From Kiritimatiellia bacterium (GTDB lineage: Bacteria > Verrucomicrobiota > Kiritimatiellia > JAAZAB01), in NCBI GenBank assembly GCA_040767085.1, contig JAXGPF010000007.1, positions 96,001-160,000 on the forward strand: a stretch of 64,000 bases of DNA, given 5' to 3'. Below are positions 1-10,127 of this stretch, in pieces. The notes under the pieces were generated by a model. It had not been told where the DNA came from, made no database searches, and worked only from the letters and a program-made list of their open reading frames with translations. The translations under genes and the position numbers were made by a program. How positions within the stretch are numbered: the stretch's first letter is position 1; every line of letters begins with the position of its first letter.

Positions 1-1200
1 TACATCCGCCTGCTGGAAAAGACCCGTCCGGCGGTGAATGCAGGGTTGTTGGTCGGCCACGGCAAACTACGCCAGTGGGTCATGGGCAACGCCCCCCGCC
101 CCGCCGTCCCGGCGGAGATTCAAGACATGTGCGCTTTGCTGCGGGAATGCCTGCAGGCCGGCGCCATCGGCATGAGCACCGGCTTGATTTACGCCCCGGG
201 CCGTTTCGCCGAAGACGCCGAAGTGGAGGCGCTGGCGCGGACACTCGCCGCCCATGGCGCCATTTACACCACGCACATGCGCAGCGAAGGCGCCGGACTC
301 CTGGATTGTATTGACGAAAACATTGCGCTCGCCCGGCGCACCGGCGTGCGCCTGCAGATTTCCCACTTGAAAACTTCCGGCAAGAAACACTGGCATCTGC
401 TGGACGCGGCCCTGGACAAACTGCGCGCCGCGCGCGCCGAAGGGCTGGAGATCGCCGCCGATCGGTATCCCTACACCGCCGGCCACACGGACCTGGACGT
501 AATCCTGCCCGCCTGGGCGGCGGGCGGCGGACGCGACGCGATCATGCAGCGCCTGCAGACGCCCGCCGACCGGCAAAGGATTCTAGACGAGTTGCGCGCC
601 GAACGACCGCCGGCCGATTGGGGACATGTCATCATCGCCGCCACCGCCAATCCCGGCTTCCGCGGACGGCCGCTGCCGGAGATCGCCGCGGCGATGCAAA
701 CCGATCCGGTGGAGGCCGCAATGCAATTGATCGAAAGCGACCGCCTGCAAACGGGCGCCTTTTTTGCCGGCATGAGCGAGGACAACATGTGGCGCATCCT
801 GGCCGAGCCCTGGGTGATGCTCGGCACCGATGCTTCCCTCCGCTCGCCCACCGGCCCGCTGGGGGCCAACCATTATCACCCGCGCGCTTACGGCACTTTC
901 CCGAAATTTCTGAAGGCGGCGCTGGCCGGCCGCACCGTGCCCCTGCCGGAAGCCGTGCGCAAGATCACCTCGCTGCCGGCGCAACATTTCCGCCTGGCAG
1001 GGCGCGGGCGGCTGGCGCCGGGCTGCCTGGCCGACATCACGGCCTTCGATCCGGCGGCGCTGGACGACCCGGCCGACTACCTGCGTCCGCATCAATTCGC
1101 CTGCGGCATCCGGCTGGTGATGGTGAACGGAGCCGTCACGCTCGAGGCCGGCGTGATAACGGCGGAACGCCGCGGGCGGATTCTGGCCCGGCCGTCATAA
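1..1200 (+). CDS. N-acyl-D-amino-acid deacylase (D-aminoacylase, amidohydrolase family), 5'-truncated by window
   Basis: Frame is open from base 1; motifs GMSTGLIYAPG, HMRSEG, QISHLK, HPRAYGTFP, GRLAPGCLADI. Confidence 0.85.
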   Translation, partial: YIRLLEKTRPAVNAGLLVGHGKLRQWVMGNAPRPAVPAEIQDMCALLRECLQAGAIGMSTGLIYAPGRFAEDAEVEALARTLAAHGAIYTTHMRSEGAGLLDCIDENIALARRTGVRLQISHLKTSGKKHWHLLDAALDKLRAARAEGLEIAADRYPYTAGHTDLDVILPAWAAGGGRDAIMQRLQTPADRQRILDELRAERPPADWGHVIIAATANPGFRGRPLPEIAAAMQTDPVEAAMQLIESDRLQTGAFFAGMSEDNMWRILAEPWVMLGTDASLRSPTGPLGANHYHPRAYGTFPKFLKAALAGRTVPLPEAVRKITSLPAQHFRLAGRGRLAPGCLADITAFDPAALDDPADYLRPHQFACGIRLVMVNGAVTLEAGVITAERRGRILARPS

Positions 1201-1201
1201 A

Positions 1202-2878
1202 TCAGCCGACCAGCGGCAGCCGGTGGTAACGGGCGCGGCGGCGCATAAACCGTTCCTGGCCTTCACGCTCCAGCATCAGGGCTTCATACTCGTCAAAATT
1301 TACCTCGAACCAGCGCACCTGGCCGTCGCCTTCAAACACCAGCAGGTGCGTGCAGACGCGGTTCAGAAAAAAGCGGTCGTGCGAGATCACCATCGCGCAG
1401 GCGGGAAATGCCAGCAGCGCTTCCTCCAGCACCCGCAAGGTCGCCACATCCAGGTCGTTGGTCGGCTCGTCCAGCAAAAGCAGGTTGCCGCCGGTTTTCA
1501 GGAGTTTGGCCAGATGCACGCGGTTGCGCTCGCCGCCGGACAGCGCCCCGACTTTTTTCTGCTGCTGCGCGCCCCGGAAGTTGAACCGCGCCACGTAAGC
1601 GCGGGCGTTGATCTGCTGGCCGCCCAACTGCAGGATGTCGCTGCCCCCGGTGATTTCCTCAAAAATGGTGTTGCTGCCGTCCAGGGTGTCCCGGTGCTGG
1701 TCCACGTACGAAAGCCTGACCGACGCGCCCAGGTCAATCCGCCCCGCATCCGGTTGTTCCTGCCCGATAATCATGCGGAAGAGCGTGGTCTTGCCGGCGC
1801 CATTCGGCCCCACCACCCCGACGACGGCGCCGCGCGGCAGGGAAAACGTGCAGTTTTGGAGCAACGCCACCTCGCGATAAGCTTTGCAGACTCCGTCAAA
1901 TTCCAGCACGCGCTCGCCCAGTTTGGGCCCGGGCGGAATCTGGATCAGCAAGTCGTCCTGGCGCGCCTGGAACTGCTGTCCGGCTAATTCCTCGTAACGG
2001 TCAATCCGCGCGCGGTTATACTGCCGGCCTCCGGCGGCCTTCCGGATCCAATCCAACTCCCGGGTCAGGATTTTCTGGCGCAGGCTTTCCTGTTTCTCCA
2101 GCAGCCGGAGCCGTTCCGCCTTCTGCTGCAGCCAGGCCGAATAATTCCCCTCGAACGGCAAGCCGCGGCCGTTTTCCAGTTCCAGGATCCACTTGGTAAT
2201 CCGGTCGAGGAAGTAGCGGTCGTGGGTGACGATAATGACCGTGCCGGGATAATCGCGCAGCGCCTGCTCCAGCCATTCCACCGTCTCGGCGTCCAGGTGG
2301 TTGGTCGGTTCGTCGAGCAGCAGGATGTCCGGTTGCTCCAGCAGCGCCTGGCAGAGCGCCACGCGCCGGCGTTCGCCGCCGGATAAGGCGGCGACATCGG
2401 CATCGGGCGGCGGCAGCAGCAAGGCGGCGGAAGCGGTGTCAAGATGGCGGTCCAGGTCCCAGGCATCCAGCGCCTCGATCCGCTCCTGCAAGTCCGCCAG
2501 TTCGTTCATCAATTTTTCCTGCTCGGCGTCCGGCAGGGATGCGCCCAGTTTTTCGGTCACCGCATCGTAGCGCGCCAGCAGTTGCTTGACCGGCTGCACC
2601 GCCTCTTCCAGATTCTCGCGCACATCCTTGGCCGGGTCGAGGCGCGGCTCCTGCGGCACCAGCCGCACGCGCATGCCCTTGGTCAGCCGCGCCTCGCCGA
2701 TGAAACCGTCGTCCAGCCCCGCCATGATGCGCAGCAGGGTGCTCTTGCCGGCGCCATTTTCGCCGACCACGCCGATTTTGGCGCCGTAATAAAACGCCAG
2801 GTTGATATCCTGCAAAACCGTCTTGCCGTTAAACACGCGGCTGACGCCGGACAAGGTCATCGCAAACTGCGGCGGCAT
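1202..2878 (-). CDS. ettA: Energy-dependent translational throttle ABC-F ATPase
   Basis: Two ABC cassettes (GENGAGKST, LSGGE, DEPTNHLD; GPNGAGKTT, LSGGERNR, DEPTNDLD), no TM domain, N-terminal FYYGAKIGVVG and HDRYFLD. Confidence 0.9.
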   Translation of the reverse strand: MPPQFAMTLSGVSRVFNGKTVLQDINLAFYYGAKIGVVGENGAGKSTLLRIMAGLDDGFIGEARLTKGMRVRLVPQEPRLDPAKDVRENLEEAVQPVKQLLARYDAVTEKLGASLPDAEQEKLMNELADLQERIEALDAWDLDRHLDTASAALLLPPPDADVAALSGGERRRVALCQALLEQPDILLLDEPTNHLDAETVEWLEQALRDYPGTVIIVTHDRYFLDRITKWILELENGRGLPFEGNYSAWLQQKAERLRLLEKQESLRQKILTRELDWIRKAAGGRQYNRARIDRYEELAGQQFQARQDDLLIQIPPGPKLGERVLEFDGVCKAYREVALLQNCTFSLPRGAVVGVVGPNGAGKTTLFRMIIGQEQPDAGRIDLGASVRLSYVDQHRDTLDGSNTIFEEITGGSDILQLGGQQINARAYVARFNFRGAQQQKKVGALSGGERNRVHLAKLLKTGGNLLLLDEPTNDLDVATLRVLEEALLAFPACAMVISHDRFFLNRVCTHLLVFEGDGQVRWFEVNFDEYEALMLEREGQERFMRRRARYHRLPLVG

Positions 2879-2893
2879 ATATTGCTCCTCGTA

Positions 2894-3901
2894 TCAAGCC
2901 GGCTCAGCCGGCAATCTCAGGCAGACAGCCCGGGGGACAACCTGCACGTCAAACTCAGCGGCGACGGGCAATTCCTCCCCGTCGTATTGCGCCGATTCCG
3001 GCCGCGAAAGCTGAATCTGAAACCGGCGGCCCTGGATGGTGGCGGCGCAGTGGCTGAGGCGGTCGGCCATTTTCTGAATCTGGCGGGGATGGGTGCGGAA
3101 CGACAACAGGTATTTCGCCAGGTAATCCGTATGGCCCGTGAACAGCACCATTTCCAGCAAACCGTCATTGGCGTAAGCATCCGGACACAGCACGAATTCG
3201 CCGCCGTACACGCGGGTGTTGTTGACCACCAGGTTCAGCAGCGGCCCGCCATACCACAGCCGTCCATCCACATGAATTTCCGCCCGCAGCGGATGATGGC
3301 GCGCCAGGCGGACCAGCGCGCACCAGGTGTACAGCAGGTTGCCCCGGAGCACCCGCCGCACCAATGGGATTTTTTCCAACTCTCGCTTGTGGCGGTTGTG
3401 TTCCCGCAACACCGTTGAATCCAGCCCGATAGTCAGCGCGTCCACCAGGTAAACATCGCCCACCCGGCCCAAATCCAGGGCGTAGTCCGCGCCGTAGCGG
3501 ATGGCCGCCACCGCGCGGCGGATATCGCCGGCCAAAAACGTCTCGCGCACCTTGATATTAAAAGACTTGGCAATGTCATTGCCGGTGCCCAACGGCACGA
3601 GGGCATATGGCGGCAGCGGCGCCCGGCAACCGGATTCTTTCAACCGCATCATGGCATTCAAAACCGACGAGTGGGTGCCGTCGCCGCCTATGCCGACCAC
3701 CGCGGCAAACTGGCCGGCATCATCCCGCTGCAAGCGTTCCGCCACCTGCTGCCCCGCCGGCGGATCGCGGTCGGCCAGCAACTGCCAGGTAATGCCGCAC
3801 CCCTGCATGGCATCGGCGATGCGCGGCCACCGCCGCAAGGCCAGGCCGCCGCCGGCCGCCGGATTCAAGACGCAGAGCACATGTATTTTGCTTCTATCCA
3901 T
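2894..3901 (-). CDS. Diacylglycerol/lipid kinase family protein (YegS/DagK-like)
   Basis: NPAAG, GGDGT, PLGTGNDIA, NTRVYGG, NDGLLE, YDGE motifs. Confidence 0.85.
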   Translation of the reverse strand: MDRSKIHVLCVLNPAAGGGLALRRWPRIADAMQGCGITWQLLADRDPPAGQQVAERLQRDDAGQFAAVVGIGGDGTHSSVLNAMMRLKESGCRAPLPPYALVPLGTGNDIAKSFNIKVRETFLAGDIRRAVAAIRYGADYALDLGRVGDVYLVDALTIGLDSTVLREHNRHKRELEKIPLVRRVLRGNLLYTWCALVRLARHHPLRAEIHVDGRLWYGGPLLNLVVNNTRVYGGEFVLCPDAYANDGLLEMVLFTGHTDYLAKYLLSFRTHPRQIQKMADRLSHCAATIQGRRFQIQLSRPESAQYDGEELPVAAEFDVQVVPRAVCLRLPAEPA

Positions 3902-3970
3902 ACTCGGAGTATGTTAACATGCCGCTTGGATAAAGCCAAGCCTGCCCTGACCGGAACCTGAAATCACGCC

Positions 3971-5491
3971 ATGAATATTGAGAACTTCTGGGAATCATTC
4001 GCACATCCTCCATGGTTGACATGGCTGTTCTTGGAATTCCTGCTGCACCTGGGCATCTTCCTCATGGTGACCTTCCACTGCCTGAAAAGCCGCCGTGAAC
4101 CAACTTCGGCCCTGCTCTGGATGTTCCTGGCCTGGTCCTTCCCCGTCATCGGCCCCCTGCTTTTCATTGTCTTCGGCGTCAACCGCACCGAGCGCAAAGG
4201 CTGGCACAAACACCTGGCGGATTCCAGTCTGCGCGCCGCGCGCCAGGCGCGCGAAGACGCCGCCTTGCCGATGGCCTACTGGCAGGCCGTCCACCAGTCA
4301 TTGGCGGCGGAGCCGGCGGAACCGGTGGCCCGGAAACTGAACAACGTCGCCAACGCCATCCTGCCCGACTACCCCCTGCTGGGCGGCAATGCCATCGAAC
4401 CGCTGGTGGATGGAGATCAAACCTACCCGCGCCTGCGCGCGGCAATCGCGCGCGCCCGGCAGCATATCCATTTCCAAACTTTCATTATCGGCAACGATGC
4501 CATCGGCCGGGAATTCCTGGAATTGCTGGCCGGCCGGGCCGCTGCCGGCGTGACCGTGCGGGTATTGTTCGACCGTTTCGGTTCGACCCATGCCGTGCTG
4601 CACCGCCTCTTCCGCAAATACCGGGGCGTGCCCAACATGCAGATTGTCCCCTGGACCCAGGTTAATGCCCTGAAGCGCCAGTTCCAGTTCAACCTGCGCA
4701 ATCACCGCAAAATCATGATCGTGGACGGCCGGGAAGCGTTCATGGGCGGCATCAACCTGCACGCGGAAAACGTCGCGCGCAAAGGCCGCGCGCCGATCCG
4801 CGACTATCACTTCCAACTGGCCGGGCCGATCATCCAGGAACTGCAATACTCCTTTGTGCGCGATTGGTACTTCATGACCGATGAAGATCCCGAGCGGCTG
4901 CTGCACAGGGACCATTTCCCCCAACTCGCCCCCGCCGGCAAGAGCCTGATCCGGCTGGTCAGCAGCGGGCCGACCCCGGAAGAACACGAAACCGTCGCGA
5001 ACGTTTTTTTCGAATGCCTCTCCGCCGCCCGCCGCCAGGTCTTCGCCGTCACGCCCTACTTCGTGCCCAACGCCGCCATCCTGCACGCTTTCCGCTCGGC
5101 CGCCATGCGCGGCGTGGATGTCCGGCTGCTAGTGCCGATGTTCAACAATCATTTTTATGCCGGCCTGGCCAGCAAGGCTTTTTTCGAGGAATTGCTGGCG
5201 GCGGGCGTCAGAATTTTCCGGCGGCGCCCGCCCTTCATGCATGCAAAGGCGCTGATCGTGGACGATCAGGCCGCCATGGTCGGCAGCGCCAACCTGGACG
5301 TGCGCAGCCTGCGGCTGAATTATGAAACCAACCTGCTGGTGTTCGACGCCGGCTTCGCCAACCGGCTGAAACGCGTGATCCTGGAAGACTTGGCGGCTGC
5401 CGACGAAATTAACCTGACCCAATGGCGCGCCCGGACGACGTCGCAGCGGCTGCTGGAAAATTTCTGCCACCTGCTGGCGCCGATCCTATGA
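3971..5491 (+). CDS. cls: Cardiolipin synthase
   Basis: Two N-terminal TM helices (PLD_N) and two HKD motifs (NHRKIMIVDG, MHAKALIVDD..GSANLD). Confidence 0.9.
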   Translation: MNIENFWESFAHPPWLTWLFLEFLLHLGIFLMVTFHCLKSRREPTSALLWMFLAWSFPVIGPLLFIVFGVNRTERKGWHKHLADSSLRAARQAREDAALPMAYWQAVHQSLAAEPAEPVARKLNNVANAILPDYPLLGGNAIEPLVDGDQTYPRLRAAIARARQHIHFQTFIIGNDAIGREFLELLAGRAAAGVTVRVLFDRFGSTHAVLHRLFRKYRGVPNMQIVPWTQVNALKRQFQFNLRNHRKIMIVDGREAFMGGINLHAENVARKGRAPIRDYHFQLAGPIIQELQYSFVRDWYFMTDEDPERLLHRDHFPQLAPAGKSLIRLVSSGPTPEEHETVANVFFECLSAARRQVFAVTPYFVPNAAILHAFRSAAMRGVDVRLLVPMFNNHFYAGLASKAFFEELLAAGVRIFRRRPPFMHAKALIVDDQAAMVGSANLDVRSLRLNYETNLLVFDAGFANRLKRVILEDLAAADEINLTQWRARTTSQRLLENFCHLLAPIL

Positions 5492-5501
5492 ACCGGGACG
5501 A

Positions 5502-5819
5502 TCAAACGTCGCATTCCAGGTCCAGCAGGGGCGCATGCTGCTGCGCGCCGTAAACATCCGTCTCCCCCAGCCCGCCGGAAGGCAGCGGCCGGACAATGGT
5601 GGCCTTGATGGCCTTGGCCGGCTGGAACTCCACAATGTTGATGACGCGGTCCTCCGGCACCCGGTACAGCCCGGCAATCAGCCGGGCATTGATCGCCCCG
5701 GCGCGGCAAAACCGCTCGAACATCTCCCAGTCCCGGAAGATGATGTCCAGGGTCAATTCGTAAGGCCCGGAATTCTTACTCCGGATCACCTGGGCGACAT
5801 CATTCAACTTGACTTTCAC
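5502..5819 (-). CDS. DUF4387-family protein (partner of AtuA-like protein)
   Basis: IRSKNSGPYELTLD and DVYGAQQHAPL motifs; start overlaps upstream stop codon. Confidence 0.8.
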   Translation of the reverse strand: MKVKLNDVAQVIRSKNSGPYELTLDIIFRDWEMFERFCRAGAINARLIAGLYRVPEDRVINIVEFQPAKAIKATIVRPLPSGGLGETDVYGAQQHAPLLDLECDV

Positions 5820-7183
5820 GCTGCACCTCCCATGGACATGTGCCGGATCGGGAATAATTCCAGCGGGTCACCGACTTCCAGCAGGTGGTAAACGCTGAAG
5901 GCATACACGGGGCCGGCCTTGAAATCCGAGGGGGAATAAGGGAATGCCAGGTTGCCCGCGGTCGCCTTCCGGCCCGGGTAGCCGTAATGCAGCATGGTCG
6001 AGCGGGCCAGGCTGCAGACGGCGTTGGCGCGGTCCTGGTCGGCGGCCACGGCTTCGATGACTATGCCCAATTCATGCCCCGCGGCCGCCGGGTGCGGTTC
6101 CAGCGCCCCCATCACTCCGTTGCGTCCGTATATTTTGAAATCCAGGTAGTAGTCTTCGATGACGCCGCGAAGGTTGTCCGCCACGCGTTCGCGCACCCCG
6201 GCGATGATGCCGTCAATCTCGCGGATCATCACCGGATCGCGGGCGCCGGCGATGGAAACCGTGCGGTAGCCCACCAGCTTGGCGCCCTCCAGCTTGACCC
6301 GGTAAGGCTGCGCGGCCTGGAAACGGCTGCCGCTCACCCGCACCACCCGGTCGGTGACCTGCTCGAAGCTGGCGGCGCGCAAGTCCAGGATGCCGCCCGG
6401 CCCGGGCAGTTCATAGGGGTTGGTTTTTTCGTAAAGCGTATGCGCGGCCACGGACAGCGTGGTGCAGGCCCGCTGGGGGTTGAGCGGCTCCACCTCGAAG
6501 CAATCCCGGCGCAGGATGCCCAGCATGCAGTCATTGCCGCTGCCCGGCGTGGCGGCGATGCAGGCGCACTCCAGGATTTTCCCCAGATGCACCGCCAATC
6601 CCCGGTCAAATCCTTCCCGCACGGGCAGCGCCGCGAACACCGCCGGATCGTAAGCGCGGCCGGCGACGATCACCTGCGCCCCTTCATCCAGCGCGCGGAT
6701 AAACGGCTCGAGCCCCATCTGACCGACAATCCGCACCGTCTGCTCCAATTCCCCGCGGGCCAGATCCGGCGCCGGATGCAGGGGGGTGATCCGGCCCTGG
6801 TCCAAAGCCTGCAGCGCCGCTTCCTTCCCGATTTCGGCTTCAATGGCCGCCATCTTGAACGACCAACGACGCTCGCGCGCCAGTTCGGCCACGATCTCCA
6901 GCGTCCAGGCCAGATGCGGCGCGCCGCCGCTGCCGCCCGCGGACCCGACGATCAACGGGATTCCGGCCTGCAAGGCGCCGTCCAGCATCAAGGCCAGATC
7001 GCGCTTGACCGCGGCGCGGTTGGTAAATGAAACTCCAGCGCCCAGGTAATAGGGCCCCGGGTCGGTGGACCCGGCATCCACGGCGATCAGGTGCGGCCGG
7101 CGGCGCAACCCTGCGCGGAATGATTCCTCCGGGAAACCGTAACCCAGAATGCCGGTGGTGGAAATAATGCGCATCTCATCCAT
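5816..7183 (-). CDS. Acyclic terpene utilization AtuA-family protein
   Basis: GILGYGF, DAGSTDPGPYYLG, GRAYDP, HTLYEK, TAGNLAFP; ATG at 7183 preceded by GAGAGG RBS (ORF track start at 7306 is overextended). Confidence 0.8.
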   Translation of the reverse strand: MDEMRIISTTGILGYGFPEESFRAGLRRRPHLIAVDAGSTDPGPYYLGAGVSFTNRAAVKRDLALMLDGALQAGIPLIVGSAGGSGGAPHLAWTLEIVAELARERRWSFKMAAIEAEIGKEAALQALDQGRITPLHPAPDLARGELEQTVRIVGQMGLEPFIRALDEGAQVIVAGRAYDPAVFAALPVREGFDRGLAVHLGKILECACIAATPGSGNDCMLGILRRDCFEVEPLNPQRACTTLSVAAHTLYEKTNPYELPGPGGILDLRAASFEQVTDRVVRVSGSRFQAAQPYRVKLEGAKLVGYRTVSIAGARDPVMIREIDGIIAGVRERVADNLRGVIEDYYLDFKIYGRNGVMGALEPHPAAAGHELGIVIEAVAADQDRANAVCSLARSTMLHYGYPGRKATAGNLAFPYSPSDFKAGPVYAFSVYHLLEVGDPLELFPIRHMSMGGAA

Positions 7184-7355
7184 ATGTTCTTCCTCTCGCC
7201 GCCATACTCGTCTGCATAAGGCAAAAAACGGCACCATTCTATTAAAGATTGACAAAACCGCAAGGATTTGTTCGGATGCAAATTCTGAATCCGTGCATTC
7301 CGACAAATGCAGTGCAAGTTATGCGCAGTCCCGCTAATTCACAAGAAAGGGAAAA

Positions 7356-8627
7356 ATGGCTCAGATACGCATCGGTATTATCGGCGCCGGCGGCCGCGGC
7401 ATCAACGCCTTCGGCAGTATTTTTGTTAACCAGTTCGCGGACCAGGCGCGGATCATGGCGCTGGCCGATCCGAACCTGGAGCGCGCCGCCGCCGGCCTGG
7501 AAACCATCGGCGCCCGGGCCGACATCTACGCCGACTACCGGGAAATGCTGGCGCGCCGGGACATTGACGCGGTCGTGGTGACCACCCCGGACTACCTGCA
7601 CGAGGAACATTGTATCGCCGCCTTCCGGAGCGGCAAGCATGTGCTGGTGGACAAGCCCCTGGCCATTTCCGCCGCCGGGTGCCTGCGGGTGATCGCCGCG
7701 GCGCGCCAGGCCCGGCGCATCCTGTACATGGGTTTCAACCTGCGGCATAACATCGTGCTGCGCCGGATCAAGTCCATCGTGGCCGAAGGCCAGTTGGGGC
7801 GCCTGTTCGCGGTGCAAGCGACAGAATATTACAATGGCGGCCGCACATACATGGCGCGCTGGAACCGCCTGAAAAAATACTCCGGCAGCCTGTTCATTCA
7901 CAAGGGGTCGCACGATTTCGACATCATCAACTGGTTCATGCTGCCGGCCCGGCCGGTGCGGGTCAGCTGTTTCGCCAGCGTTTTCACGCTGAATCCCCAG
8001 GGACTGCCGTTCAAATCCCGCCGGGGCGTCAAGCCGGGGCCGACTTGTTCCGCCTGCCCGTATCAAAAAGAATGTCCCGACGTCAACCACCAGGCCATCC
8101 GATCCCTGCCCAATGTGAGCGCGGAACGGCTGGCCGCCCGCAACCGGATGTTCGGCGCCGAAGCGGTCCGGCGCGACGGCTATCACAAGGACCTGTGCCT
8201 TTACCTGTCGGACAAGGACACCCACGACCAGGGCGTCGCCATCGTGGAATACGACACCGGCGCCGCTGCCACGCACTCGGAATGTTTCGTCACGCCGCTC
8301 TCCGACCGGCTCTACCGGATCGACGGCACGCTGGGCCATCTGGATGCCAGCCTGCATGACACCCGCATCCAAATCCGGCCGCGCTGGACGCAGGATCTGA
8401 CCGAACACAAACTGGTTCCGGGCGCCGGCGGCCACGGCGGCGCCGACCCTCTCATGTGCGCCGAATTCGTCAAATGCATCCGCCGGGGCTTGCGGCCCAG
8501 CGCCTCGGGCATTGACGGCGCCTGGAGCGTGGCGATCGGCGAGGCCTGCGAACTCTCCCGCACCAGAAAACGCATGGTGGAAATCGCGGAAGTCCTCGAC
8601 GTGAAAAGTCCGCTGCTGAAAAAATGA
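7356..8627 (+). CDS. Gfo/Idh/MocA-family oxidoreductase
   Basis: IGIIGAGGRG Rossmann motif, TPDYLH, HVLVDKP, HKGSHDFD, GHGGAD; Cys-rich insertion CSACPYQKEC. Confidence 0.88.
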   Translation: MAQIRIGIIGAGGRGINAFGSIFVNQFADQARIMALADPNLERAAAGLETIGARADIYADYREMLARRDIDAVVVTTPDYLHEEHCIAAFRSGKHVLVDKPLAISAAGCLRVIAAARQARRILYMGFNLRHNIVLRRIKSIVAEGQLGRLFAVQATEYYNGGRTYMARWNRLKKYSGSLFIHKGSHDFDIINWFMLPARPVRVSCFASVFTLNPQGLPFKSRRGVKPGPTCSACPYQKECPDVNHQAIRSLPNVSAERLAARNRMFGAEAVRRDGYHKDLCLYLSDKDTHDQGVAIVEYDTGAAATHSECFVTPLSDRLYRIDGTLGHLDASLHDTRIQIRPRWTQDLTEHKLVPGAGGHGGADPLMCAEFVKCIRRGLRPSASGIDGAWSVAIGEACELSRTRKRMVEIAEVLDVKSPLLKK

Positions 8628-9518
8628 TCAAGCCCCGACGGCGCGCGCCGCGGCGGCGATGGCGGCGATATGCGCCGGCGTGGTGCCGCAGCAACCGCCG
8701 ATGATGTTGGCGCCGGCGGCCAGCAGGGCCGGCACATGGCCGGCGGCCTCCGCCGGCGTGGCATCAAACACCGTGCGTCCGCCCACCGTCCGCGGCATGC
8801 CGGCATTGGCATGCACCAGGATGGGCGCGCGCGGCGCGGCGGCGCGCAGCAGGCGGACGATATCCACCATCTGGGCGAAGCCATTGCCGCAATTGGCGCC
8901 GATCACATCGGCGCCCGCCGCCAGGCAGGCAGCCGCGGCCTGTTCCGGCGCCACGCCCATCATCGTGCGGTATTGTCCCTGGGGATTCCGTTCGAACGTC
9001 ATGGTGGCCGCCACATCCAATCCGGTGTTCTCCCGGACCGCCCGAATGGCCAGCTCGATTTCATCAAGCGCCGACATGGTTTCAATGCAGGCGGCATCCG
9101 CACCGCCCGCTTCCAAAGCCTCGGCCTGCTCGCGGAAGGCATCGTAAAGCTCCTGCTCCGTCACATCGCCCATCAGCAGCAGCTTGCCCGTCGGGCCCAT
9201 GGAGCCCAGCACCGCCCGGCGCGGGCCGGCCGCCGCGCGGGAAATTTCCGCGGCCGCCCGGTTGAGTTCGCGGGCGCGCTCCGCCAGCCCGAAATGTTCC
9301 AGCTTGAAGCGCGTGCCGCCGAAACTGTTGGTTTCGATCATATCGGCCCCAGCCCGGGCGTACGCGGCGGCGATCTGCAAAACCTGCTCGCGATGCGTCA
9401 GGCACCAGAGTTCCGGGCATTCCCCGGGCGGCAGTCCCGCCTCCTGCAGCAGCGTCCCCCAGGCCCCGTCCGAAACCAATGGCCGGCCGGCTTGTAATTT
9501 TTCCAGCAAAACGCTCAT
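8628..9518 (-). CDS. Homocysteine S-methyltransferase family protein (stand-alone MetH N-terminal domain)
   Basis: DGAWGT, ETNSFG, GSMGPTG, GANCG, NAGMP, IGGCCGTTPAHI; GGAGG RBS before ATG at 9518. Confidence 0.88.
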   Translation of the reverse strand: MSVLLEKLQAGRPLVSDGAWGTLLQEAGLPPGECPELWCLTHREQVLQIAAAYARAGADMIETNSFGGTRFKLEHFGLAERARELNRAAAEISRAAAGPRRAVLGSMGPTGKLLLMGDVTEQELYDAFREQAEALEAGGADAACIETMSALDEIELAIRAVRENTGLDVAATMTFERNPQGQYRTMMGVAPEQAAAACLAAGADVIGANCGNGFAQMVDIVRLLRAAAPRAPILVHANAGMPRTVGGRTVFDATPAEAAGHVPALLAAGANIIGGCCGTTPAHIAAIAAAARAVGA

Positions 9519-9697
9519 AATCCATCCTCCAGCGGGCTTGCGCCATTCCACCCCGAATTCTGCCGCCAACTCCTGCTTGCGAACACTCCCAGTAATCCCG
9601 TATTCTGTAATCCTGACATTGCGCGGTTACTTTTTCAAGCCTGGAATTGCGGAAATACTTGCGCCCCTGTCCGCCATGGTTATATAATGGAGCCGAC

Positions 9698-10114
9698 ATG
9701 AAAACATACCGCAAGGAATTATGGTTCGAAACGCCCGCGCGCCGGGCGTTTATCAACATCACGCCGCAAGTCGCCGCCTGCGTCCGGGAAAGCGGCGTCC
9801 GCGAAGGCCTGACGCTGGTGAACGCCATGCACATCACCGCCAGCGTTTTCATCAACGACGATGAAAGCGGCCTGCATGCCGATATGGAAAAATGGCTGGA
9901 GCGGCTGGCCCCGGAAAAACCTTACCGGCAATACGCCCATAACAGCGCCGAAGACAATGCCGACGCCCATCTCAAGCGGTCGGTCATGGGCCGCGAAACC
10001 ATCGTCGCCATCACCGAAGGGCTGCTGGACTTCGGCCCCTGGGAACAGATCTTCTACGGCGAGTTTGACGGCCGGCGCCGCAAGCGGATCTTGGTCAAAA
10101 TCATCGGAGAATAA
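9698..10114 (+). CDS. yjbQ: YjbQ/UPF0047 family (secondary thiamine-phosphate synthase enzyme)
   Basis: [35 protein letters not shown] before ATG 9698. Confidence 0.88.
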   Translation: MKTYRKELWFETPARRAFINITPQVAACVRESGVREGLTLVNAMHITASVFINDDESGLHADMEKWLERLAPEKPYRQYAHNSAEDNADAHLKRSVMGRETIVAITEGLLDFGPWEQIFYGEFDGRRRKRILVKIIGE

Positions 10115-10127
10115 ATCCCAGCCAGCC

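Noticed and set aside
9861-10127. N-terminal extensions in the ORF track (priA, rpoD, pilB at 61793, atuA-like, pilin at 21910, aminotransferase)
   Set aside because: They overlap neighbouring genes, the tRNA or repeats; downstream starts have an RBS or family-typical N-termini
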